A stretch of 64,000 bases of DNA from sequence record NC_021529.2; one strand, 5' to 3'. The first letter of the stretch is position 1, and each line of letters starts with the position of its first letter. Under the pieces are notes generated by a model. That model saw only the letters and a program-made list of their open reading frames with translations. It was not told the DNA's origin and ran no database searches. A program made the translations under genes and the position numbers. This document shows positions 44,702 through 53,426 of the stretch, piece by piece.

Positions 44702-45163
44702 ATTAATCCATTACCTACTGTACTTTGGTCTTATACTGATGTCGAGCGCGAGACTGGTCTGCGTTTTTGGGAATTGATGATCCCTAATGTAGAAGGTACT
44801 GGTATTCGCTTGTATTCTGCAAAGTACAATAACTTTGTATTTGAAGCGATTCACCCTAGAGTGTCTTTATACGAGCACTTCAATATCATTGAAGAAGTCG
44901 AAGCTGAAGTTTACTTTCACGAACAGAGTTACACTCTTGTAAGCATCACTGACGATACATTTCATGTGCATGTATCAGAACGTGTCTCACCGAAAACTCT
45001 TGAAGACATCGAGCGAATCATCAATGCGAATTTAGTTCGGTGGAGCGAAGATCGACTAGCAACACACAAGCAGCAATATCGAATTGAGTGGTGTAGCGCA
45101 TGTCAAGATTACAATATCCACACAGTCGAGTTTGATCGCAAATGGGGTATCTCTTATGTCTGA
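44699..45163 (+). CDS. hypothetical protein
   Basis: First gene after cassette. Confidence 0.65.
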   Translation: MINPLPTVLWSYTDVERETGLRFWELMIPNVEGTGIRLYSAKYNNFVFEAIHPRVSLYEHFNIIEEVEAEVYFHEQSYTLVSITDDTFHVHVSERVSPKTLEDIERIINANLVRWSEDRLATHKQQYRIEWCSACQDYNIHTVEFDRKWGISYV

Positions 45164-45431
45164 GAAAGATATTTGCATCATCATCGTGATTGGATTGATA
45201 GTACTCGGCATCTGTATGCTGTGGTACTTACATCCCCACTGCCCGCATCGTTGGGAAGTAGTTGTTGACAAGACGCATAAATCGAGAGGTCAAGAGTACG
45301 GCGAGCTGACAGGCAGAGTGCCGTCACCAACAACACAATACGGAATGACTGAGTTAACAAAACGCAAACATCTTGTCATTATGAAATGCAATCGTTGTGG
45401 TAAAATACACAAAACATCTGAATGGGTTTAA
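45156..45431 (+). CDS. TM-anchored Zn-binding small protein
   Basis: TM, then CPHRW...KCNRCGK. Confidence 0.65.
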   Translation: MSEKDICIIIVIGLIVLGICMLWYLHPHCPHRWEVVVDKTHKSRGQEYGELTGRVPSPTTQYGMTELTKRKHLVIMKCNRCGKIHKTSEWV

Positions 45432-45432
45432 C

Positions 45433-46245
45433 ATGGAAATTGAAATCGAACGTAAATGGTTAGTATCAGCAGAACAGTACCGTGAGTTTGTTAACTGGCT
45501 TGACTACGTATCAACAGCATCATCATGTGTGATCATGCAACGTTACTTGCGAAAAAATGAAGTTGAATTCATCAACGGTGAATTCGTAATCTCAGATTTC
45601 GAAAACAAGCGACAATACATCATCAAAGCGCCAGATGATATTCCTGATTTGACAGGTGCGAATCTTCGCAAGTTCGGTGCTCGTGTTCGTCAAACAATGT
45701 CGAATAAATCATCGTCTCTTGAATTCACAATCAAGTTGCCTCTACAAGACGGGTCGAAACGAGAAATCAACATCCCACTAGAAGACGGGTATCGCGATTT
45801 CATTACAAATGCTCATACGAAAGATATCAATTTAAATGAGCATGGGAACAACACTGCGACTGGCTTTATCATCAAACGTCGTTGGTCAGGTGAGCTAGAC
45901 GAAGTGCATTACGATGCTGACAAGTTCATGAATCGCCCGTTTTACATTATCGAAGCAGAATTCCAGAGCGTTGATGAAGCAGATTCATTCGTCGCTCCAT
46001 TTGAATTCATTCGCGAAGTAACAGACGACAATCGATTCAGCAACAAGCGCATGTCATGGAATATCGATAACGTGGACACGACTGCATATAACATCAGATT
46101 GTATGCAGACAATCTAATCAAAGAAGCGAACGCATTGCGCGGTGACACTCTTGTTTCTATGCGCGAAAGCGTAACAAACGAATTTATGGCAGAACGTTAC
46201 GAGAAAATTGCTCGTGATTTGAAACAACTGGTAGGTGAACAATGA
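45433..46245 (+). CDS. CYTH / triphosphate-tunnel-metalloenzyme-family protein
   Basis: MEIEIERKWLV, ARVR, EFTIK...REINI, IIEAEF...EVTDDNRFSN. Confidence 0.8.
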   Translation: MEIEIERKWLVSAEQYREFVNWLDYVSTASSCVIMQRYLRKNEVEFINGEFVISDFENKRQYIIKAPDDIPDLTGANLRKFGARVRQTMSNKSSSLEFTIKLPLQDGSKREINIPLEDGYRDFITNAHTKDINLNEHGNNTATGFIIKRRWSGELDEVHYDADKFMNRPFYIIEAEFQSVDEADSFVAPFEFIREVTDDNRFSNKRMSWNIDNVDTTAYNIRLYADNLIKEANALRGDTLVSMRESVTNEFMAERYEKIARDLKQLVGEQ

Positions 46246-46724
46246 AAGTCTACGCAATTCATATCAACAACTTATCCACAGGCATGTTCTGCGGAGAACC
46301 TATCGCGCAAGGTTGTTTCAATCTAATCGTTGATCGTCTACCGAGTGAAGCAATCTATGAGAGACACGGTCGTTTCTTAATCAGCAACACAGACGGTGTG
46401 TGGCGTCACTTTACAATAGGTGAGCAAGGTGGATTTGCAGGTCGTACGTTCAGATTGCGCATGAAAGGTGGTGTTGTATTCAAGAACAAAGGTTATCATT
46501 ATGAAGAGTTTAAAGGCAATCTATGGGATACAGCAGCCGCCGTTCAAAAGTGTGAAGAACTCGCTGGTAGTCCGTTGATGAGTGTTTCACTGCGACCGAA
46601 CAATGACAACGGTTGTTTTATCGGTGGCTATTACTTCAGTCAAGATGAAGTAATTCTGAAGTTCAGTCACTTGATTCGATTCGCGAACCCAACTCAGAAC
46701 AGAGCAATAACATTTGGTGAATGA
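46242..46724 (+). CDS. Conserved phage hypothetical protein
   Basis: GGFAGRTFRLRMKGG...FKGNLWD. Confidence 0.65.
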   Translation: MKVYAIHINNLSTGMFCGEPIAQGCFNLIVDRLPSEAIYERHGRFLISNTDGVWRHFTIGEQGGFAGRTFRLRMKGGVVFKNKGYHYEEFKGNLWDTAAAVQKCEELAGSPLMSVSLRPNNDNGCFIGGYYFSQDEVILKFSHLIRFANPTQNRAITFGE

Positions 46725-46725
46725 C

Positions 46726-47241
46726 ATGAGTCTAGCAGAGAAAATAATCAACTTAGAGCTACGTATCGAAGCACTAGAACGACAAATTAACAAACAGTCA
46801 CAGTGTAACTCATACGAATATGACGTTGAAGAAGAACACATATCGTTGCATCCAGTCGATGATACGTTTGATATGTTCAGAATCAAACGAGAGTTGCTTA
46901 TTGCGCTGACTCAATCGTCAAAACGTTATCTCGATATCACATTCGAGAACTACCCTGAAGCACCTCGTTACAAAGTATATCAGAATCATCTAATGCAAGA
47001 TGTTGGTATGTCTGACAAAGCCAGAAAGCAACTTGCCAAGATTAGATATCTTATTGCTGAAGAAATGTCTGTTGGTGATGAGTTTGAGTGTCCGGGGTGT
47101 GGCGAGCCTGTTATTAAGAAATCATATCAGCAACGATACTGCGGTGTTAAAAAGCGCGGGTCTAGTACTTGCAAAGATTTCATTAACAATTGGTTCAGTG
47201 TGAAACGTGCTGAACGCACAAAACAATGGATTGAGAAATAA
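46726..47241 (+). CDS. hypothetical protein with C-terminal Zn finger
   Basis: CPGCG...QQRYC...CKD. Confidence 0.65.
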   Translation: MSLAEKIINLELRIEALERQINKQSQCNSYEYDVEEEHISLHPVDDTFDMFRIKRELLIALTQSSKRYLDITFENYPEAPRYKVYQNHLMQDVGMSDKARKQLAKIRYLIAEEMSVGDEFECPGCGEPVIKKSYQQRYCGVKKRGSSTCKDFINNWFSVKRAERTKQWIEK

Positions 47242-47534
47242 TGCCTAGTACAACTCTAGTCTGCTTCGATTGCAGAACGACAAAACGAGAGATATCGATT
47301 GCTTGTACAACATGGGAGAGAGATCGACCAAGTTGTACTTGCCAACACTGTGGTCAAGATATGCATCGAGTTACATCGAGCATTCCTGTACCGAAGAAGA
47401 GCGATGACCGCGGTTGGAAAGATTTGCTGAAGCATGTTAGCAAATGGAACATCATTCAAGAAGAGAAAGACCGGTGGTGGAATACTCAAAGATGCATGAG
47501 GTTGCGTGATGAAGCAAAGAATAGTAGAGTGTAA
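47241..47534 (+). CDS. Zn-ribbon protein
   Basis: CFDCR...CQHCGQDM...PKKSDDRGW. Confidence 0.65.
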   Translation: MPSTTLVCFDCRTTKREISIACTTWERDRPSCTCQHCGQDMHRVTSSIPVPKKSDDRGWKDLLKHVSKWNIIQEEKDRWWNTQRCMRLRDEAKNSRV

Positions 47535-47745
47535 AGACTGGAACGGTAGAATTTATTACCGTATGCAGTTTAAAACATGGTACTTTCCATTCTGGCGATA
47601 CATAAAGCGCGACAATGGTTACGGAGGTGAATACATCGTCGAGCGAGACACACCAGAAGAACTAGTGCAATTTCTAAAACTCAAACACATAAAAGAGCGT
47701 GATAAAAAGCGTGTGACCACAGGAGTGTATGATGATAACCTTTAA
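47509..47745 (+). CDS. hypothetical protein
   Basis: GAGG SD; QFKTWYFPFWRYI. Confidence 0.6.
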   Translation: MKQRIVECKDWNGRIYYRMQFKTWYFPFWRYIKRDNGYGGEYIVERDTPEELVQFLKLKHIKERDKKRVTTGVYDDNL

Positions 47746-48079
47746 AGGTCTTTTCTCAAAGAAGAAGTGGAATGTTGTCGGTCGTTCAGAAATCACAAAT
47801 CTATGGACTGTTACGAAAGACAATCCACAAGTTAAATGTCGATTACTTCTGAAAGAAGACCAATTTGGCAATCGAGATTACGAGCTTGATATGCTAGACG
47901 TTGATTCATGGATTTTTAATAGCTCGACGAAGTACTATATGATCGACCAAATCTTACCGCGTGAGTACGTTCACAAGTTCATGAAAGGTTGGTCGGTTGA
48001 TAAAGTGAATCGCATCTATGGTGAGAATGTTTTCACTATTGAAAAAACGCCATACGAGTCGTTCAAAGATTGGCGATAA
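47729..48079 (+). CDS. hypothetical protein
   Basis: AGGAG SD. Confidence 0.65.
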   Translation: MMITFKGLFSKKKWNVVGRSEITNLWTVTKDNPQVKCRLLLKEDQFGNRDYELDMLDVDSWIFNSSTKYYMIDQILPREYVHKFMKGWSVDKVNRIYGENVFTIEKTPYESFKDWR

Positions 48080-48081
48080 CG

Positions 48082-48110
48082 AAAGCCCCTTAATTGGGGC
48101 TTTTTTAGGT
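48082..48110 (+). terminator. Intrinsic terminator (identical to 28520-28548)
   Basis: AAAGCCCC-TTAATT-GGGGCTTTTTTAGGT. Confidence 0.85.
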
Positions 48111-48136
48111 CTAATGAAAATAAATGAAAAAAGTTA

Positions 48137-48203
48137 TTGACTCGTGTTTAGAAAACCCTTATTATGTGTCTATCGAAACGAAACACAGAAAGAGAAAATT
48201 ATG
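48137..48203 (+). promoter_or_regulatory. Early promoter cassette
   Basis: TTGACT 48137, 17 bp spacer, TATTAT 48160; TATCGAAACGA. Confidence 0.75.
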
Positions 48204-48530
48204 ACAACAATTACTGTAATGAGCGACACACACTACGGTCACAATATCAATGTAAAAGAAAGCAATCTTGTTACTGCTGTGATGAAGAAGCTACTGAGTG
48301 ACACCGACGTATCTTACTACAAGCTATACCGCGAGAAACGCACGTCAAAGCATCGTAGCAACATTGACGGTAAGAGCGTACGTTTCTTCGGATGTTACGG
48401 TAAAGACGCTGAGAATAAGCTACAGACGGTTCTACGTGACTTCAACGACTTGTTTTCAGATTCGTATGTCGCTGAACTTCAAACATCTTATTATGGTCGT
48501 CGCAAAACGATTCAAATTTTCAGGAAGTAG
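48201..48530 (+). CDS. hypothetical protein
   Basis: First gene after cassette. Confidence 0.65.
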   Translation: MTTITVMSDTHYGHNINVKESNLVTAVMKKLLSDTDVSYYKLYREKRTSKHRSNIDGKSVRFFGCYGKDAENKLQTVLRDFNDLFSDSYVAELQTSYYGRRKTIQIFRK

Positions 48531-48532
48531 TT

Positions 48533-48910
48533 ATGAAAAGAGATCTTAGTCGTTTAACAGTCACTGATATTGTATACAGTGCTGATTGGACAGAATCAAT
48601 GATTCTTCATGGTGAAGAGCATTGGGCAACAACAAAGACAACGCATGGCAATTATAGATTAACAGGTGTTCAGAAAGACGGCGAAGAGCTACCAGAGTTT
48701 TTGAGCAATGATCTTGAGCACATAATTGAAGTCGTGAAACAGTCAATTCTGGATAGAAGTGCTAATTCATATCGACGTTTAGAACGACACGTCGTATTAG
48801 AATCATCTGAAACAGTGTTTCACGTTCGTCTTGGTTATGGTGATGCAGATTCGCGTTCACCTGCAAAATATCTACACGAAATTAAAATTGAGGTTGTTGA
48901 GAATGAGTAG
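48533..48910 (+). CDS. hypothetical protein
   Basis: AGGA SD. Confidence 0.6.
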   Translation: MKRDLSRLTVTDIVYSADWTESMILHGEEHWATTKTTHGNYRLTGVQKDGEELPEFLSNDLEHIIEVVKQSILDRSANSYRRLERHVVLESSETVFHVRLGYGDADSRSPAKYLHEIKIEVVENE

Positions 48911-49349
48911 TTGGTCTGATTACGAACTTGAAAATCGGTCAAAACAGCGACACAAAATGCAAGATGTCGTTGATGAAATGTGTCGTATTATGACAGAAAC
49001 ACCGTTTCGCTTTGAAGATACACGACACACAGTTAATTTCGATAACGGAATTGAATTGTGGAAACGTGATATGACTAAAGTTTGGGAAGGCACTGACACG
49101 GTTGCTGTCTTCACATACGAACAAGCACGTCAGTTAAAAGCTGCGTATGATAAAACAATGGTCACAAAGAAATCACGCACACAAGAGCGTCTAGAGCGTA
49201 GTTTCATGTATAAGCACACTCAGACAACAAAAGCAGAAGGCGAAACAGCGTCTAGTGAGCGTAGAAAGAATCGTGATCGCGGGATCGGAGTAGGGTACGT
49301 TCGCAAGAGCGTGCCAACAAACAAGAAATGGTGGGAGTTTTGGAAATGA
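48903..49349 (+). CDS. hypothetical protein (ends KKWWEFWK)
   Basis: GAGG SD; amphipathic aromatic C-terminus. Confidence 0.65.
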   Translation: MSSWSDYELENRSKQRHKMQDVVDEMCRIMTETPFRFEDTRHTVNFDNGIELWKRDMTKVWEGTDTVAVFTYEQARQLKAAYDKTMVTKKSRTQERLERSFMYKHTQTTKAEGETASSERRKNRDRGIGVGYVRKSVPTNKKWWEFWK

Positions 49350-49795
49350 TGACATCTGACGAAATGGCAAAAGAAATGATTCGCGTACGTTCGGCAGTGA
49401 ACTTGTTTGATACGTGCTACTCGTTGCAAGACGCATACCAAAGCGACCAACGATTAATGGCTGCATTGCCAGAGAATGTTCGCTTTATGTGGCAGAAACG
49501 TGATGAAATGAATGAAGCTGTATTTGCTGAAATCAGCCGAATTGAAAAACGCATCGACAAAACGCTTTGTGAAATCAACGATCCGCTACACGCAATCGGT
49601 AAGCGAGTTGTCAAGAAATCACGCAAACCGTTTAAAGGGGGCGAAGATGTTGTTCGCGTTACTGGTATTACGAAGCACCCTGAAATTGACGAGTATGCGT
49701 TCACGTACAACTATTCAAAAGACGACGGTTCACTAGGTCAGTCTTACATTTATACAAAAATGGTAACAATCGATTACTCAGATATGGAGCTGTAA
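49346..49795 (+). CDS. hypothetical protein
   Basis: IGKRVVKKSRKPFKGG SH3-like C-terminal part. Confidence 0.65.
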   Translation: MMTSDEMAKEMIRVRSAVNLFDTCYSLQDAYQSDQRLMAALPENVRFMWQKRDEMNEAVFAEISRIEKRIDKTLCEINDPLHAIGKRVVKKSRKPFKGGEDVVRVTGITKHPEIDEYAFTYNYSKDDGSLGQSYIYTKMVTIDYSDMEL

Positions 49796-49796
49796 C

Positions 49797-50201
49797 ATGC
49801 TAGAAAAATTAAACGAATTCGTAAAATCTAAACCACTTGTTTCAATTGCAATCGCTGTTGCACTTGGTGTTGTCGGTACAAAAGTCATTCAAGCTGATCC
49901 ACTTGCTGAAAAGCCGTTAACGAAATATCGAATCATCTACGAACACACGACAGAGTACGGTCGTACGTGTGCTGATGACAAAGGGTACTTCTGGTTTGCT
50001 CAAGAACTAGACGAAGGTCTTCTGTTCGATTCATGGGAACCGATGGGTTGGTGTGGTGATACTGAAACCGCTGCACGCAATAACGCAGAAGCAGCAATCA
50101 AAAAACGCATCGAAACTGCGAACTCGAAGAAGCGCATCTACCAAGCGTGGGCGACGAAAGAAGACTCAGTTCGATTTGAACCATTAAAGGTGATTGAATG
50201 A
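49797..50201 (+). CDS. TM-anchored hypothetical protein
   Basis: N-terminal hydrophobic helix. Confidence 0.65.
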   Translation: MLEKLNEFVKSKPLVSIAIAVALGVVGTKVIQADPLAEKPLTKYRIIYEHTTEYGRTCADDKGYFWFAQELDEGLLFDSWEPMGWCGDTETAARNNAEAAIKKRIETANSKKRIYQAWATKEDSVRFEPLKVIE

Positions 50202-50527
50202 TCAGTTTAACTACATTGATTGCACTGTTCACAGTGCATTTCATTGCTGATTTCTTTGTGCAGACAGAACATCAAGCAATGAACAAGAGTAAGAGCATCT
50301 TACCACTAGCAAGACATTGCTTCACGTATGCACTGTGCTTCTTACCATTCGGTATTGTGTTTGCTATCCTAACAGGTATCTTGCACATGGTCGTTGATTA
50401 CTGTACTTCAAAGATGACAAGTTCACTTTGGGCGAAAGGTGAAACTCGTAAGTTCTTCCAAGTAATAGGCTTCGACCAGTTCTTACATGCAATTAGTTTA
50501 GTGGCTATGTACGTCGCGCTGAATTAA
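50198..50527 (+). CDS. DUF3307-like membrane protein
   Basis: HFIADFFVQT...K, HCFTY, HMVVDY, GFDQFLH. Confidence 0.75.
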   Translation: MISLTTLIALFTVHFIADFFVQTEHQAMNKSKSILPLARHCFTYALCFLPFGIVFAILTGILHMVVDYCTSKMTSSLWAKGETRKFFQVIGFDQFLHAISLVAMYVALN

Positions 50528-50541
50528 TTTAAAAATATCGA

Positions 50542-50622
50542 AAAAGTGCTTGCACTACGTAAGCACTTTCTGTATTATATCTACATCAACTGAGAGATAA
50601 ACAGAAAAGAGAGAACATTATG
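50542..50622 (+). promoter_or_regulatory. Early promoter/hairpin cassette
   Basis: AAAGTGCTT...AAGCACTTT arms; TTGCAC 50550, 17 bp spacer, TATTAT 50573. Confidence 0.8.
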
Positions 50623-50868
50623 AAAATCAATCTACGCAAACTTCTAATGTGGTGGGACGAGAACGAGAACGCAGCAGACGAGTTTACAAACTTCGTTCTT
50701 GAATACGCAATGAAAGCTGGTAATGACAACTTCATTTCTGACTACGCAACTTACTTGCGCGATTCAGGCAAGTACACAGTACCAAATCTAGCTGACTTAG
50801 AATCTCTTCTTCGTCATGCAGGATTGAAAGCTGAATTTGATGGTCGTCACACTCGCATCGTTCTTTAA
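50620..50868 (+). CDS. hypothetical protein
   Basis: First gene after cassette. Confidence 0.65.
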   Translation: MKINLRKLLMWWDENENAADEFTNFVLEYAMKAGNDNFISDYATYLRDSGKYTVPNLADLESLLRHAGLKAEFDGRHTRIVL

Positions 50869-50877
50869 GAGGTCATT

Positions 50878-51303
50878 ATGTTAAAGAAAATCTGGTATTC
50901 GATATTCGGTGACCCTGAATGGCGTGTTGCAGGGTACACCAAGCAGCAATCATTTTCAGTGACTGATAGTAAATGGCATAGTGATGGTGACATCAAGTGT
51001 CGTGCAGTTGTTCTAGTTAACAAACATGACCGTCGTAAAATAAAAATTGTATACGACGAGTACAATTATACTGGCATTTGCAGTGACATGTCGTTGATCG
51101 ACAAGATATTGTCGTTGAAGAAACAAAACTTGATTAACAGTAGCATTTCAACGAAGAAGCTCAACACGTACGATGGATTTGATTTGTGTGAACACCATGA
51201 AGCATTCTACGATTGGGAAGCATTCAACAATGATTTCGTCTACGGTGAGACAGACTTGAGTGGTCGTTTAATCGAGAAAAGCGAAGCGACTGAAACTGAG
51301 TAG
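50878..51303 (+). CDS. hypothetical protein
   Basis: GAGG SD. Confidence 0.65.
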   Translation: MLKKIWYSIFGDPEWRVAGYTKQQSFSVTDSKWHSDGDIKCRAVVLVNKHDRRKIKIVYDEYNYTGICSDMSLIDKILSLKKQNLINSSISTKKLNTYDGFDLCEHHEAFYDWEAFNNDFVYGETDLSGRLIEKSEATETE

Positions 51304-51365
51304 GCGGAAAAATTCCGTCTCATCTTAGTAGAATTAGTAGTTTTAGTAATATTAGGGATATTAGA

Positions 51366-52094
51366 ATGATTCGTACAAATCAAGCAATCAACGAATTGAA
51401 AATCAAAATGCATCCGTTTGATCGAGTAGCAAATGCGAACAATGATGAAAGTTCAGTACGCGAGTGGCACGACACTGATCGCAACGAAAACGCAGAATTG
51501 AATATTCGTGAGTTTCACTGGCGTGACATTCTATTCTGGGAACCGCTTACGGGTGATTTGCCAGTTGAGTATACAACATCTACCGGCGAAATTGGCAAAT
51601 GTCAATCGCATTATCTCGGCGAACTAGATGATTGTCGTTTCTGGCGACCATGTTTAACATCACTGAATGCTCAGTATATTGATAAATCTGATGTACAGAA
51701 AGCACTCGATGAACTGACTGCGGTTGATATCTTCTCAAAAGAAGAAGGCATTGAATCTGGGTTGAAGAACCCAATCAACACTCACGTTCACGGTATTTCA
51801 GACGAAGAACTTGATAAAGCAATTTCTGAATCAGAAGTCGAAATCTGCGCACAGTCAGATCCTGAAACGTCACATTACTTTCAAGGGCTGCCTTGTTATG
51901 TCGTCGGGAATGATCCATTTGACGAGAACTACGTTTATGTTGTTCGCAAAAGTAGTGCCATTCAGAAAGCGCATGTTTCAGAAGTCTATGAGCAGCATGA
52001 AAAAGATGAAGCTGAAAAAGTTCGTGCAGAGTTTCACTTGTCAATACGAGACGCAGATCTGATTAAGATGATACAGTACATCAAATCAATGTAG
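51366..52094 (+). CDS. hypothetical protein
   Basis: Long acidic ORF. Confidence 0.65.
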   Translation: MIRTNQAINELKIKMHPFDRVANANNDESSVREWHDTDRNENAELNIREFHWRDILFWEPLTGDLPVEYTTSTGEIGKCQSHYLGELDDCRFWRPCLTSLNAQYIDKSDVQKALDELTAVDIFSKEEGIESGLKNPINTHVHGISDEELDKAISESEVEICAQSDPETSHYFQGLPCYVVGNDPFDENYVYVVRKSSAIQKAHVSEVYEQHEKDEAEKVRAEFHLSIRDADLIKMIQYIKSM

Positions 52095-52153
52095 CAAATT
52101 GTGATAATGATACCAGTATTAAATAATGTATATTAATCATTCGGGGAATTACA

Positions 52154-53362
52154 ATGGCATTACAAACTTCAGGACCGATATCGATTTTAGATATAATGAC
52201 TGAACTAGGTATATCTGGGACAACATCATTAAACGACGCCGATCTTAGAGCACTTGCTGGGATAGCATCAGGGACAATCAGTTTGTCTGATTTCTATGGC
52301 AAGTCCTCAATAGCAACGGATCTACAGCAGAGAATTGCGAGAACATCCCGAGGTGTGGGTGTGACAATTGACGGTGATTATGCGGCTATAGGTACAAATA
52401 CTGGCGGTGCATACGTATACATACGTTCTGGAACTACTTGGTCTCTTCAAGCGACTCTATCACCTAGTTCAACGTCATCTAACGACTACGCATCATCGGT
52501 TTCATTATCAGGAAATACTCTTGTCATAGGTACACCCCTAGAGGGCGTGAGTGCGGGCGCTGCATATGTGTACGTACGTTCAGGAACTACGTGGTCTCAA
52601 CAACAAAAGTTGTTAGCGAGTGACAATGGGTTAGCTGGCTCATATACGCAATTTGGATATTCTGTTGCAATTGATGGAGAGTATTTGGTTGTAGGTCAGT
52701 TAGGAGGGGGATCTCCAAGTGGCGGTGCGGGTCATGTGTATTATCGTAGTGGAGGATCGTGGTCTTCGCAGGGTGCGTTGAGATCTAATGACATTGCCTC
52801 TTCTGATCAAATAGGAAGAAGTGTTTCGATTTCAGGTAGTTATATCGCATTAGGCGCAAGTCAGCATGACCCGGGTGGATTGTCAAATGCAGGCGCTGTC
52901 TATGTATTCGTTCGTTCTGGTACAACATGGTCACAACAGGCTAAACTAACGGCAAGTGATGGTCAATCATATGACTATTTCGGGCAAAATGTTTCGATTT
53001 CAGGTAGTTATATCGTAGCAGGAGCAAACGGCACAAATGATTTTAAAGGCTCTGCCTATGTATTCGTTCGTTCTGGTTCTACATGGTCACAACAAGCTAA
53101 ACTAACTGCAAGTGATGGTGTAGCAAACGACCAGTTCGGAATATGTGTTTCTACAACAGGTTCATCTGTTATTATAGGCTCTCTGTTTGATGGGCTCGGG
53201 TCAGCATATTGGTTTACTCGTGCAGGGACTACGTGGACTCAACGAGACAAACTAACGCCTACTAATGCAGCAGATGAAAAGTATGGTGTTAGATGTGTAA
53301 CAGACGGTGAGAGTTTGATAATTTCGTCTGAGTTCGGAGACGGCATCTACATATACGTTTAG
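52154..53362 (+). CDS. FG-GAP-repeat beta-propeller, probable virion surface/adhesin protein
   Basis: Repeats GAAYVYVRSGTTWSQQxKLxASD...DxFGxSVSISGxY; N-terminal MALQTSGPIS...ISLSDFYGKS module; ATTAAATA late-like box upstream. Confidence 0.8.
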   Translation: MALQTSGPISILDIMTELGISGTTSLNDADLRALAGIASGTISLSDFYGKSSIATDLQQRIARTSRGVGVTIDGDYAAIGTNTGGAYVYIRSGTTWSLQATLSPSSTSSNDYASSVSLSGNTLVIGTPLEGVSAGAAYVYVRSGTTWSQQQKLLASDNGLAGSYTQFGYSVAIDGEYLVVGQLGGGSPSGGAGHVYYRSGGSWSSQGALRSNDIASSDQIGRSVSISGSYIALGASQHDPGGLSNAGAVYVFVRSGTTWSQQAKLTASDGQSYDYFGQNVSISGSYIVAGANGTNDFKGSAYVFVRSGSTWSQQAKLTASDGVANDQFGICVSTTGSSVIIGSLFDGLGSAYWFTRAGTTWTQRDKLTPTNAADEKYGVRCVTDGESLIISSEFGDGIYIYV

Positions 53363-53426
53363 TTTATAAATTGACGCAATAGTGTATAATTAAATTTCAC
53401 AAACAGCATAAAATGGGAGACATACA

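Noticed and set aside
46261-46280. Third DnaA-box cluster
   Set aside because: One perfect TTATCCACA (46272) plus a two-mismatch neighbour inside a CDS is compatible with chance.
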